Shown piece by piece: positions 31,374 through 40,547 of a stretch of DNA of 64,000 nucleotides. A model generated the notes under the pieces. That model made no database searches and was not told where the DNA came from. It saw nothing but the letters and a program-made list of their open reading frames with translations. Both the position numbers and the translations under genes were made by a program. Position 1 is the stretch's first letter. Each line of letters begins with the position of its first letter. Source of the DNA: Patescibacteria group bacterium (GTDB taxonomy: Bacteria; Patescibacteriota; CPR2; UBA1875; CAIMLA01); assembly GCA_041738615.1 (NCBI GenBank), contig JBGSPL010000002.1, positions 10,654-74,653 on the forward strand. The letters are read 5' to 3'.

Positions 31374-33527
31374 TTACTTGGTCTCTGGCCACTTGCTAAT
31401 AATTAATGCTGCATCTTGGTCCATTGTTGACCAAATTGATTCCGTGACGAAAGGCATGAATGGATGAAGCAGCTTAAGAGATTCCAGCAAAACCGTATGG
31501 ATTGTGTACTGAGCAGCAAGTTTGCTTGATTCGTTATCACGAATTCTTACTTTGGTGTCTTCTATGCATAAGTCGCAGTAATCGTGCCAGAAAAAGTCGT
31601 AGAGAAGCTCAACTGCGTGCTGGAAGTCGTATTTGTTTAGGTAACGATCAACCTCTTTGGAGGTTTTATCCAGTTTTGCTAATATTTGCTTGTCTTCTTT
31701 GGTTAATTCTTTTTCAATTGTTTCACGTGAAACAATCTTGTAATCAGTAAGATTCATTTTAGTAAACTTACTCGCATTCCAGATTTTATTCACAAATCTT
31801 TGAGACATTAGTAAGGAGTCTTCGCTGAATTTCATATCTTGACCTTGGGCGACCTGCCAAAGCAGTCCGAAGCGAGTGGCATCCGTACCGTACTTATCGA
31901 TTAGAACCAGGGGGTCGACGCCCGTACCAAGCGATTTAGACATCCTTTTGCCTTCCGAGTTGAAAACTGTTGCATGGATGTATACGTCCTCGAAAGGGAT
32001 CTGACCGGTAAATTCTATCCCAGAGAAGATCATACGAGCCACCCAAAGATAGAGGATATCCCTAGCTGTAGATAGGAATGAGGTCGGATAAAATGTGGAT
32101 AAGTCAGGTGTCTTCTCCGGCCAGCCCAGAGTTGCGAAGGGCCACAGGGCACTGGAGAACCAAGTATCCAATACATCCTCGTCTCTTTTTAGCTTTGCAG
32201 AGCCGCATTCGTGACATTTAGGCGTTAGTTTAGGATCAAGTGCCCACTCTTTAGAAACAGTAATTTCACCACACTCGCAATACCAGGCTGGGATCTGGTG
32301 GCCCCACCAGATCTGACGTGATACGCACCAATCGCGAATGTTGTCCATCCAATCGAGGTAGACCTTTGTCCACTTGGCAGGGTGAAACTTTACTTTTCCA
32401 GAGCGAACAACCTCAATTGCAGGCTTTACAATTTCGTTCATCTTTACGAACCATTGTAGGGTAAGGAGCGGTTCTATCACGGTATGACAGCGGTAGCAAT
32501 GGCCAACTGCGTGAGTGTGTGGTTCGGCTTTTACTAGCCATTTACCCTCTTCAAGAAGTATGATTATGGCTTCGCGTACCTCATATCTGTCTTTCCCCAC
32601 AAATTGCTCGCCGGCTTCAGGGGTCATGTTTCCTTCGAGGTCGATTACGACAATCTTCTCTAGGTTGTGACGCTCGCCAATCTCAAAGTCGTTTGGATCA
32701 TGTGCCGGAGTGACTTTTACAGCTCCAGTTCCAAATTTTGCATCAACATAATCATCTGCAATAATCGGGATTTTGCGGCCAAGGATAGGCAAAATAGCAA
32801 AATTTCCGATTACTGATTTGTATCGTTTATCATTTGGGTTTACAGCTATGGCCGTATCTCCGAGCATTGTCTCTGGGCGGGTAGTGGCTACTACAATTTC
32901 ACCACCGCCCTCTATTTCGTACCGAATGTGCCACAAATTGTCCTGACGTTCTTCGTGCTCAACTTCTAGGTCAGAAAGTGACGTTCCACAGCGTGGGCAC
33001 CAGTTTGTAATTCTGTTTCCTCGGTAAAGATAACCCTTCTCGTAATAGTGGACAAAAGTTTCGATCACGGCCTTGGAGTAGCCCTCGTCCATAGTGAAAC
33101 GAGTGTGATCCCAGTCGCAACTACATCCCATAGTTTTCAGTTGCCCTAGGATTCGTGGTTCGTACTCCTCTTTCCACTTCCAGGTTTCCTTAATAAAATT
33201 CTCTCGGCCTAGGTCAAAACGAGTTTTACCCTTGGCAGCAAGTTTTTGTTCCACTTTGTTCTGGGTAGCAATGCCGGCGTGATCGGTGCCAGGAACCCAC
33301 AGAGTCTCGTTTCCCTTCATACGATTCCAGCGTACCAGAACATCCTGAACAGTATTGTTTAGAGCATGACCCATGTGTAGTACCCCAGTAACATTGGGTG
33401 GTGGGATTGTGACAACGAATGGTTTACTACCACCGCGCGAAACTGGCTTGAAATAGCCATTATCCGCCCATGACTGATAAATACCTGCTTCCATTTCCTT
33501 CGGTTTAAAGTTCTTGGGCATCTCCAT
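31374..33527 (-). CDS. valS: Valine--tRNA ligase (short form lacking the long C-terminal coiled coil)
   Basis: PPPNVTGVLHMGHAL (HIGH region) and KMSKS. Start MEMPKN with an AAGGAG SD at 33535-33540; the longer annotated N-terminus overlaps the T-box leader. Confidence 0.9.
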   Translation of the reverse strand: MEMPKNFKPKEMEAGIYQSWADNGYFKPVSRGGSKPFVVTIPPPNVTGVLHMGHALNNTVQDVLVRWNRMKGNETLWVPGTDHAGIATQNKVEQKLAAKGKTRFDLGRENFIKETWKWKEEYEPRILGQLKTMGCSCDWDHTRFTMDEGYSKAVIETFVHYYEKGYLYRGNRITNWCPRCGTSLSDLEVEHEERQDNLWHIRYEIEGGGEIVVATTRPETMLGDTAIAVNPNDKRYKSVIGNFAILPILGRKIPIIADDYVDAKFGTGAVKVTPAHDPNDFEIGERHNLEKIVVIDLEGNMTPEAGEQFVGKDRYEVREAIIILLEEGKWLVKAEPHTHAVGHCYRCHTVIEPLLTLQWFVKMNEIVKPAIEVVRSGKVKFHPAKWTKVYLDWMDNIRDWCVSRQIWWGHQIPAWYCECGEITVSKEWALDPKLTPKCHECGSAKLKRDEDVLDTWFSSALWPFATLGWPEKTPDLSTFYPTSFLSTARDILYLWVARMIFSGIEFTGQIPFEDVYIHATVFNSEGKRMSKSLGTGVDPLVLIDKYGTDATRFGLLWQVAQGQDMKFSEDSLLMSQRFVNKIWNASKFTKMNLTDYKIVSRETIEKELTKEDKQILAKLDKTSKEVDRYLNKYDFQHAVELLYDFFWHDYCDLCIEDTKVRIRDNESSKLAAQYTIHTVLLESLKLLHPFMPFVTESIWSTMDQDAALIISKWPETK
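31719..31734. promoter_or_regulatory. Second perfect parS site, located within the 3' part of valS
   Basis: Exact TGTTTCACGTGAAACA, 395 bp from the first. Confidence 0.75.
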
Positions 33528-33544
33528 GCTAGTGCTCCTTTTAT

Positions 33545-33712
33545 TTAAAAAAAATCCCCACTGCTTAGGGGCTCTCGCGAGCGGTACCACCCTAATTCTG
33601 TGCGGATACTTACTTTCCTGCTATTACGGGCTTACCCGTCTAGGTCTACTTTGCCTTTGCAAGGGCATTTCTGCTAGAAACTTACTGGTGACTGGCCAGC
33701 TCAAACGTTTAT
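33545..33712 (-). promoter_or_regulatory. T-box riboswitch leader of valS
   Basis: Reverse complement of 33579-33597 is AATTAGGGTGGTACCGCTC, a 17/19 match to the T-box consensus. A GC hairpin plus a T8 terminator lies at 33547-33575, then the SD. Confidence 0.7.
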
Positions 33713-33718
33713 GTGCAA

Positions 33719-33747
33719 ATTATACAACGGTAGGTGTAGGTAGTCAA
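33719..33747 (-). promoter_or_regulatory. Consensus sigma-70-type promoter for the valS T-box leader
   Basis: On the minus strand: TTGACT, a 17 nt spacer, then TATAAT. Confidence 0.6.
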
Positions 33748-33814
33748 TGGGCATTGACAAAACTCGTATAATGTGTTAGTATAAATAGTCCTGATATTCA
33801 GGGCCCTTGAAAGC

Positions 33815-34192
33815 TTGCCCGCCTGGCGGCGGGAAGATGTATCGGAGAGTCAAATGTATCTGCCTCCGGAGCTCGGCTCCCCGCTCAGCTACACGTACCT
33901 CGGCCTCACGCTTTTCGCATCATGGTCTTTTTACCTCCTTCTGTGGAAGGTCGTCAAGCATCGTGTTTGGCGCGTCGCTGTCTCCCTGGCAGGTCTCTGG
34001 GCGGCATTGTCGCTGCTGATCCAGATCATGGCACTTCTCCAGCACGGCAGCCAGCACGAATTCTGGTTTACCGTCGAGGTAGTCGTCTTGACGGCAGCCT
34101 GGGTCTGGGTTGGTCCTACGATAGAGATGCTTGGGGCTGATCTGAAGGCAATTTACAGGAACGCTGGCCGCGTGAGCGACCGCAGTTCTTAA
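33815..34192 (+). CDS. Hypothetical 3-4 TM membrane protein in a ~62% GC islet
   Basis: Long ORF with hydrophobic helices; strong GC contrast with its flanks. Confidence 0.35.
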   Translation: MPAWRREDVSESQMYLPPELGSPLSYTYLGLTLFASWSFYLLLWKVVKHRVWRVAVSLAGLWAALSLLIQIMALLQHGSQHEFWFTVEVVVLTAAWVWVGPTIEMLGADLKAIYRNAGRVSDRSS

Positions 34193-34291
34193 CCACCCAC
34201 TCTCGCGAACAAGTAGCTAGAAGCACGGCTTTCAGGGTCAACCGCCTCGTCCTTACCTATCTCATAGGTATTGGCCGGGGCGGTTTTCCAT

Positions 34292-35356
34292 TTACGCTAA
34301 TTTGTAGTTTGGGTCAGGAGTAAGGTCTTCTGGGTTTGTATAATCACTAATTTGGGCATGAAAATAGGCGGCGGCCGCGATCATGGCGGCATTATCGGTG
34401 CAACACGTAGGCTCCGGGTAAAAGAATTTCGAGTTTTGTGTTCCGAGTTTCGACTTGATCTGTTCCCTCAGGGAAACGTTGGCTGCCACGCCCCCAGAAA
34501 GTAAGATTGATGTTGGCTTGTGCTTTGTAACTGCACGTACGAGGTTGCGGGCCAATATCTCGTTTGCAGTGTATTGGAAAGAGGCTGCAATATCGGCTTT
34601 TTCGGCTTCGCCGAGGGTGTTGCCTTGTTTCTCGAGTTCTCTTACCTTGCGGATGACAGCACTTTTGAGCCCAGAATATGAAAAGTCTAGAGACTCCTCA
34701 GCTTCAACCATAAAGCCGTCTACACCTCTTTTGGGCGCTGCGGTCAGATCGACTAGAGGAAATGCGTATTTGTGTTTGTCGCCTTTTTGGCTTAAAAAGG
34801 ATATTAACGGCCCTCCTGGATAACCAAGTCCGAGCAGCTTGGCGACCTTATCGTAAGCTTCCCCAGCCGCGTCGTCGTGTGTTTCGCCGATGATCTTGTA
34901 CTCCAGGTGGCCTTTCATATAAAGCAGGTTGGTGTGCCCACCGGATACCGTTAGGCATACTAGAGGAAATGTGGGTACGTTGTTATCGTCTTTGTGCAGC
35001 CAATTAGCGTACACATGACCTTCCGTATGGTGAACCGCAATTAGTGGTTTCTGATGCAATAGTGCTAGAGTGCGAGCAGTATTTACCCCCACAATCAAAG
35101 AACCCACAAGGCCAGGGCCCTTGGTAACTGCTATCGCATCGATGTCTTCCCAGGTAACTGCAGCCTCGCGCAGGGCTTCGTCTAGCACTGGTATCATATT
35201 TTGTATATGGGCTCTTGCGGCGACTTCTGGTACCACCCCCCCATACTGAGAGTGTTCTAGCTGGGTAGCCACAACCGAACTTAGGACATAAGTGCCATCC
35301 TCAACGATTGCAACCGAGGTGTCATCACAGCTTGTTTCAATAGCAAGTATTTTCAT
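34292..35356 (-). CDS. tsaD: tRNA N6-adenosine threonylcarbamoyltransferase TsaD (Kae1/YgjD)
   Basis: MKILAIETSCDDTSVAIV N-terminus; conserved His pair HHTEGH. Confidence 0.9.
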   Translation of the reverse strand: MKILAIETSCDDTSVAIVEDGTYVLSSVVATQLEHSQYGGVVPEVAARAHIQNMIPVLDEALREAAVTWEDIDAIAVTKGPGLVGSLIVGVNTARTLALLHQKPLIAVHHTEGHVYANWLHKDDNNVPTFPLVCLTVSGGHTNLLYMKGHLEYKIIGETHDDAAGEAYDKVAKLLGLGYPGGPLISFLSQKGDKHKYAFPLVDLTAAPKRGVDGFMVEAEESLDFSYSGLKSAVIRKVRELEKQGNTLGEAEKADIAASFQYTANEILARNLVRAVTKHKPTSILLSGGVAANVSLREQIKSKLGTQNSKFFYPEPTCCTDNAAMIAAAAYFHAQISDYTNPEDLTPDPNYKLA

Positions 35357-35418
35357 GCGGTAATATTACCACAAATCACTCTGCTAAACACAAAATTGTG
35401 CGCGAATGTTCTATTCTG

Positions 35419-35430
35419 ATGCGGCCGCAC
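35419..35430. promoter_or_regulatory. Fourth ATGCGGCCGCA palindrome, in the tsaD / femAB divergent region
   Basis: ctgATGCGGCCGCAcagg. Confidence 0.4.
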
Positions 35431-35438
35431 AGGAATGA

Positions 35439-36461
35439 TTGGCCAATATCTGTAATGACATTGACCGTTTGCGCGTGCTAGAATTACACCACATGGATAA
35501 ATTACTCTCGATTCTAACAGACCCAAAAAATAACCTCTTTCAATCGGCGACCTGGGAAGAGTACCAGGAGGCGCTGGGGAATAAGGTTTTTCGTGTTAGT
35601 TGCGATGACAACGCCGCCCTGCTTGTAAAATTGCCGCTGTATAAGGATAAGAGCTATCTTTACTGTCCTAGGGGCCCGATGTGCATGAAAGAGGGCTGGC
35701 ACGTACTTCTCAGGAAAGCACGCGAAATTGCCGCGGCCGAGAATTGCGTTTTCTTGCGAGTAGAACCATACCAACTACCTGCGAAAACTGTAAAAGAGCT
35801 TCGATTCCGCGAAGTTATTTCTTACACGCCTCTTTCTCGCCAATATTCACCCATGGATACCCAGATTCTTGATATAGATAAACGAGATGACGATCTACTG
35901 GCCGAGATGAAACCAAAGTGGCGATATAACATCAAGCTGGGTTACCGCAAGGGAGTACAGATTCGGCAAAGTACAAAACTTACTGATCTGCACAAATTTC
36001 ACGAGCTCTCGTTAGGTATGAAAGACCGCGGTTATACACCATTTGAGCTTGAGCATTACGAGCGATTGCTCTATACGCTGACTCATGGAAAGAACGTGAC
36101 AATGTTCGTTGCGGAGCACAAAAAGAAGGTCCTATCCGTCATTCTAGTGACTTTCTGTGGTGAAGTGGCAACATATCTACACGGCGCCTCTAGTGACGAA
36201 TCCAGAGAGTTAATGCCAAACCACCTAGCGCAATGGGAAGCGATCCTGGAGGCGCAGAGGCGCGGTTGCAAGCTCTATGACTTTTGGGGAGTAGCGCCCG
36301 AGGGAGCAGAGAATCATAGTTGGTCGGGGATCACTCGTTTTAAACAGGGTTTCGGGGGTCGCACCGTACATTTTGTAGGCGCCTACGACGCAGTATTTGA
36401 CGCTAAGTGGTATAATACTTTCTGTTTGGCGAACTTGTTTCGCAAGCTGATAAAGAAATGA
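35439..36461 (+). CDS. FemAB-family aminoacyltransferase (peptidoglycan interpeptide bridge formation)
   Basis: C-terminal block ATYLHGASSDESRELMPNHLAQWEAILEAQRRGCKLYDFWGV matches the FemAB/FemX family core. Confidence 0.6.
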   Translation: MANICNDIDRLRVLELHHMDKLLSILTDPKNNLFQSATWEEYQEALGNKVFRVSCDDNAALLVKLPLYKDKSYLYCPRGPMCMKEGWHVLLRKAREIAAAENCVFLRVEPYQLPAKTVKELRFREVISYTPLSRQYSPMDTQILDIDKRDDDLLAEMKPKWRYNIKLGYRKGVQIRQSTKLTDLHKFHELSLGMKDRGYTPFELEHYERLLYTLTHGKNVTMFVAEHKKKVLSVILVTFCGEVATYLHGASSDESRELMPNHLAQWEAILEAQRRGCKLYDFWGVAPEGAENHSWSGITRFKQGFGGRTVHFVGAYDAVFDAKWYNTFCLANLFRKLIKK

Positions 36462-37771
36462 ATTTAGATAAATTACTCTCAATTTGCAGGAAACTCATAC
36501 CGAAAAAGATATTTAGGTTTTTTCAGCCTGGTTACCACTTGTTGCTAGCTATCACCGGTAATCTTCGCTATGTGTTCCCGGGTAAAAAGCTGATTGTTGT
36601 GGGCATTACAGGGACAAACGGTAAATCTACAACTGCAGAGCTTACGAACTCGGTACTAAAAACAGCAGGCTTCACAACGGGAATGCTTTCTACTGTTTCC
36701 TTCGAGATTGCTGGGAAGAAGGAAGAGAATACTACTAGCCGGACCACTCTAGGCAGATGGCAGCTCCAGAAACGTTTACGTCAAATGGTAGATACGGGAT
36801 GTACCCACGCTGTGTTAGAGGTGGCAAGTGAGGGGCTCTTGATGCACCGTCTTTGGGGGATCCCATTTGACATTGCAGTATTTACGAATCTATCACCAGA
36901 GCATCTAAATACCCACAAAACGATGGATAATTATCGTGAAGCAAAGGGATTACTCTTTGCAGGGCTTGCTAGAGGACTCAAAAAGAATGTACCGAAAACG
37001 ATTATCGTAAACGCGGATGACAAGGTTGCCAAGTATTTCTATTCCTTCGAGGCAGACAGGAAGATTAGCTATGGCCTGTCGAATGGCGAAATCTGGGCAA
37101 CTAATATGGTTTTTGGCGAAAAAACGCAGTTTGAACTTGTAGACGAGGACAAGAAGCACTTGGTAATGTCCGATCTTCCTGCGAAATTTAATATTTACAA
37201 CATACTCGCTGCTTATGCGGTGGGTAAGGCTCTCGAGATAGAACCGAAGAAGATTGTCTCTGGCCTCGAGAAAGTAAAGGCGGTTCGGGGCAGAATGGAA
37301 GAGATTCCAAATACGCGAGACATCAAAATCATGATTGACTATGCTGTGACCCCAGATGCCTTTGAGCTGCTATTCACCGAGCTTCGTCGCGTCAGTAAGG
37401 GTAGGCTAATCGCCGTTTTTGGGGCTACTGGAGACAGGGATAAGGAGAAACGACCCCTGCTAGGACAGGTGGCAGCAAAGATGACGAACTACATTATCCT
37501 AACCGACGAGGAGTCGTACAGCGAGAATCCAGCCGTGATCGTGGATAGCATAGCTGCAGGTGTGGAGAAGGTACGAAAATCAAACTATGAGATTATCTTA
37601 GACCGCCGCGAAGCTCTGAAGCGTGCCATCGAGATTGCAGAGACTGGAGACACGGTGGTGGCAACCGGCATGGGACATGAGAAATATCGGAATCTTGGTG
37701 GGGATAAGAAGGTGGAGTGGGATGAGGCGGAGGTGATTCGCGGGATTCTAGCCGAACTAAATAATAAGTAG
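36458..37771 (+). CDS. murE: Mur ligase family, MurE-like (UDP-MurNAc-L-Ala-D-Glu : diamino-acid ligase)
   Basis: VGITGTNGKSTT, LEVASEGL, FTNLSPEHLNTHKTMDNYREAK. The C-terminal DNPR motif is not conserved (EESY), so specificity is uncertain. ATGA overlap with femAB. Confidence 0.55.
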   Translation: MNLDKLLSICRKLIPKKIFRFFQPGYHLLLAITGNLRYVFPGKKLIVVGITGTNGKSTTAELTNSVLKTAGFTTGMLSTVSFEIAGKKEENTTSRTTLGRWQLQKRLRQMVDTGCTHAVLEVASEGLLMHRLWGIPFDIAVFTNLSPEHLNTHKTMDNYREAKGLLFAGLARGLKKNVPKTIIVNADDKVAKYFYSFEADRKISYGLSNGEIWATNMVFGEKTQFELVDEDKKHLVMSDLPAKFNIYNILAAYAVGKALEIEPKKIVSGLEKVKAVRGRMEEIPNTRDIKIMIDYAVTPDAFELLFTELRRVSKGRLIAVFGATGDRDKEKRPLLGQVAAKMTNYIILTDEESYSENPAVIVDSIAAGVEKVRKSNYEIILDRREALKRAIEIAETGDTVVATGMGHEKYRNLGGDKKVEWDEAEVIRGILAELNNK

Positions 37772-38074
37772 GTATATTTGCCTTGCTGAAGCAAGGTGTA
37801 CTCGATACTTTTGCCCATAGTCACAAAAGCCCGTCCGAATTGGTAGTCCGGGCGGATATCCAAAAAGACATTTTGAATGCGTCGAGCTGAGGCTCTCCGC
37901 AACGGCTAGCCATATATATTTATAAATCAATGACCAACTGCTATTTGTGACAAATCCAAGAAATCTATCTGCGGGCGGTTGATTCTGTGCTGGTTTGTGC
38001 TTGACAGGATAGATACTGGGGTGTATTATTACGAGTCGCATTAAATCTGGTGGGTATTAGTTTCGGGAGCCATT

Positions 38075-39700
38075 ATGGAGTTATCACCAAAGCAGCAGAT
38101 TGCTGAACTAGTAAAGAACAACCAGAGAATTCTAATCGTTGGGCATAAAAACCATGGCGGAGATTGTGTCGGTTCGATGCTTGCCCTTGAGAGCGTTCTC
38201 ACCGCGCAGGGAAAAGAAGTTGGGCTTGTACTATCAGAGATGATAGACCAGACCCTACTGTTTTTGCCGAATGTGGATCGAATTCAACGAGATGTCCCTG
38301 CAAGAGATCTCATAATCCAGATAGATAAGGCCAAGAACGACGTCGAAAAGATTGGCTACAACGAAGATAATGGCATTCTTAGTATTGTGATCTCTCCTAA
38401 AGGGAAGCTACTTTCGGCAAAAGATCTAAAGATCGTAGCTGGTAACTATAACTATGACCTGATTATCGTGCTCGATACACCTGACGTAGAGAAGATAGAC
38501 AGTGTTTATGATAAGTACACTGAGCTTTTCTTCGAAGTGCCGATAATTAATATCGACCACCACAGTGGTAATGACTATTTTGGCACCGTGAACCTTGTGG
38601 ACATGACAGCGACCTCTACTGCGGAAATTCTGGTCTCAATCATCGAAGCGATGGGGCCAAACTACTTTGATGCAGACGTAGCTACCTGCTTGCTCACTGG
38701 GCTTATAGCTGATACAGCTAGTTTCAAGAGCACGAACACGACTCCAAAATCACTTACTATTTCTGCGCAGATGCTCGCGGCCGGGGCTAGGCAGCAAGAA
38801 ATTATCCAGAACTTATACAAGACTAGACCACTGCAGACCCTGAAGCTTTGGGGCAAAGTGCTTTCAAATATTGTTTATGACCATGAATATCGGATGGTTG
38901 TCTCCGTTGTGCCAGGAAGTGACCTTGTGGACGCAAATGCTTCTCCAGAAGCAGTAAACGGCGTCCTGGACGAACTGCTTGCTAGTGCGCCAGGTACTGA
39001 TGTCGTATTAGTTCTGACAGAGGAAAAGAACCGAGTCTACGGATTCCTAAAGGGGCTAAACGGACAAGACGTTCTCTCTCTGGCAGAGAAATTTGGAGGT
39101 CATGGGAATGCCTTGGCATCTTCTTTTGTGCTGCCAAACTCTACTATCGATAAAAACACAGCTGCCATTCTAGAAAAGATTAAGTTGCTGCGTAACAATC
39201 AGCTAGGTAAAGAGAACTTAAGCGCAGTAGAAAAGGTTGCTCCCGAGCAAGCTACTCCGAAAAATGTGCACCCGAAGGTCGTCGAGAATCCCTCTCGTAT
39301 ACACGAACACGAGAAGGTAATCGTAGAAGTTGACCTCAAGGCGAAGAGTATTGAGGATCTGAATGAGCTGCTCTCTATCGAAAAATTGATAGAATCGGAA
39401 CATACAGTGGAAGTAGAGCCAATCTTTGAGGAGCTATTTACAGAGAAACCGCTCGTGCCAGTGAACGTAGAGGTTCAGCCTGCGAATGATGACATCGAGA
39501 AAGCCTTGCAGTCAATCGATTTCGAAATTGAAAGCGGTGGGACACCAAAAAATGAAGTTACGCCAAATATCGATGTTGAGGATGTGAGGGACAAAAAAGA
39601 AGCCCTTCGTCAGCTGGGTGATGTTATGCGAGGCTATACTCCAGGGAAGGCCCTAGACGAAAAGGGAAACCAACCGATAGACGCTAAGCTTTGGAAGTAA
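38075..39700 (+). CDS. nrnA: DHH/DHHA1 phosphoesterase (NrnA-like nanoRNase) with a ~200 aa acidic C-terminal extension
   Basis: DHH motif (NIDHHSGND) and a DHHA1-like region (GGHGNALASSF). A TTGACA-17-TATTAT promoter lies at about 38000. Confidence 0.65.
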   Translation: MELSPKQQIAELVKNNQRILIVGHKNHGGDCVGSMLALESVLTAQGKEVGLVLSEMIDQTLLFLPNVDRIQRDVPARDLIIQIDKAKNDVEKIGYNEDNGILSIVISPKGKLLSAKDLKIVAGNYNYDLIIVLDTPDVEKIDSVYDKYTELFFEVPIINIDHHSGNDYFGTVNLVDMTATSTAEILVSIIEAMGPNYFDADVATCLLTGLIADTASFKSTNTTPKSLTISAQMLAAGARQQEIIQNLYKTRPLQTLKLWGKVLSNIVYDHEYRMVVSVVPGSDLVDANASPEAVNGVLDELLASAPGTDVVLVLTEEKNRVYGFLKGLNGQDVLSLAEKFGGHGNALASSFVLPNSTIDKNTAAILEKIKLLRNNQLGKENLSAVEKVAPEQATPKNVHPKVVENPSRIHEHEKVIVEVDLKAKSIEDLNELLSIEKLIESEHTVEVEPIFEELFTEKPLVPVNVEVQPANDDIEKALQSIDFEIESGGTPKNEVTPNIDVEDVRDKKEALRQLGDVMRGYTPGKALDEKGNQPIDAKLWK

Positions 39701-39788
39701 TTGAGCCGAGATAAGGGGCCATACTGGCCCTAGATTTCGTTTCAAAGGGAAACGGGAGTAGTACCCCGACTAGCTGGGAGGCGAGGGC

Positions 39789-40103
39789 ATGCTGGAGGTT
39801 ACCGATAGCAATTTCCAGGAAACAGTGGAAAAGCAGGGAGACAAGCCGTTGTTCGTCGATTTCTGGGCACCTTGGTGCGGCCCATGCCGCATGATGGAGC
39901 CGGTGTACAAGGAGCTTTGCGCCGAAAACCCAGAACTTGCATTCGGACGGGTGAACGTCGACGAGAACCCCGATCTGGGCAGGCGATTTGAGATCCTTTC
40001 GATTCCGACGGTCCTCGTGTTCGTCGGCGGCAGGGTGGTCAAGAAGTGCGTCGGCGCGATGCCGAAAAAGTGGTTCCAGCAGGAATTCGCAGAGTGGCTG
40101 TAG
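39789..40103 (+). CDS. trxA: Thioredoxin (in a ~60% GC islet)
   Basis: WCGPC active site, 104 aa. Confidence 0.85.
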   Translation: MLEVTDSNFQETVEKQGDKPLFVDFWAPWCGPCRMMEPVYKELCAENPELAFGRVNVDENPDLGRRFEILSIPTVLVFVGGRVVKKCVGAMPKKWFQQEFAEWL

Positions 40104-40143
40104 CCATATAAGCCACTACTCAGGCGCCAAAGGAGGTGTAGGC

Positions 40144-40434
40144 GTGGGAGCACATTTCGGATACGTCGCCTTCATGGTGGTTCGGGGTGAGAAGCGATAT
40201 CTCTGCTTCCGGGACGGAGGCGAGGTCATCGATCTTGACCGCCTGAGGATGCTCAAGCGAGCAGCCTCAGTACCATGCAAGGAGGCCGATGCTGACGCGC
40301 AAGCGCGACTGGAGACGCTCACTGTCAGCATCAAGGATGACGGCAAACTGACCTATGACGGTGGTAAGGCCCACCCTCGGTCAGTTCCCGCCAAGATCGA
40401 AGTCTCGTACTTCGAATGGAGACTGAGCCCTTAA
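40144..40434 (+). CDS. Hypothetical protein (high GC; GTG start with an AGGAGG SD)
   Basis: ORF in the same GC islet as trx; no recognisable motif. Confidence 0.3.
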   Translation: MGAHFGYVAFMVVRGEKRYLCFRDGGEVIDLDRLRMLKRAASVPCKEADADAQARLETLTVSIKDDGKLTYDGGKAHPRSVPAKIEVSYFEWRLSP

Positions 40435-40547
40435 CGGGCGGTGATGAAGTGGTGAGCCCACCTCTAGGTGTGGGACACCGAAGACCCCTGCGGCTAGAAG
40501 GCGACGAGCACTCTAGCCGCCTTTCGTAAATAAGGTACAATATAACT

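Noticed and set aside
33754-33790. Plus-strand TTGACA...TATAAT-like promoter upstream of the high-GC membrane ORF
   Set aside because: Spacer lengths are off (7 or an ambiguous 17 with a poor -10). Reported only as part of the islet context.
37772-38074. GTCCGGGC motif reminiscent of the RNase P RNA P4 region in the murE-nrnA intergenic region
   Set aside because: Only ~300 nt and mostly AT-rich. It lacks the GGAAAGTCCGGGCTCC context and the remaining conserved RNase P helices. Interpreted as a terminator hairpin plus the nrnA promoter.
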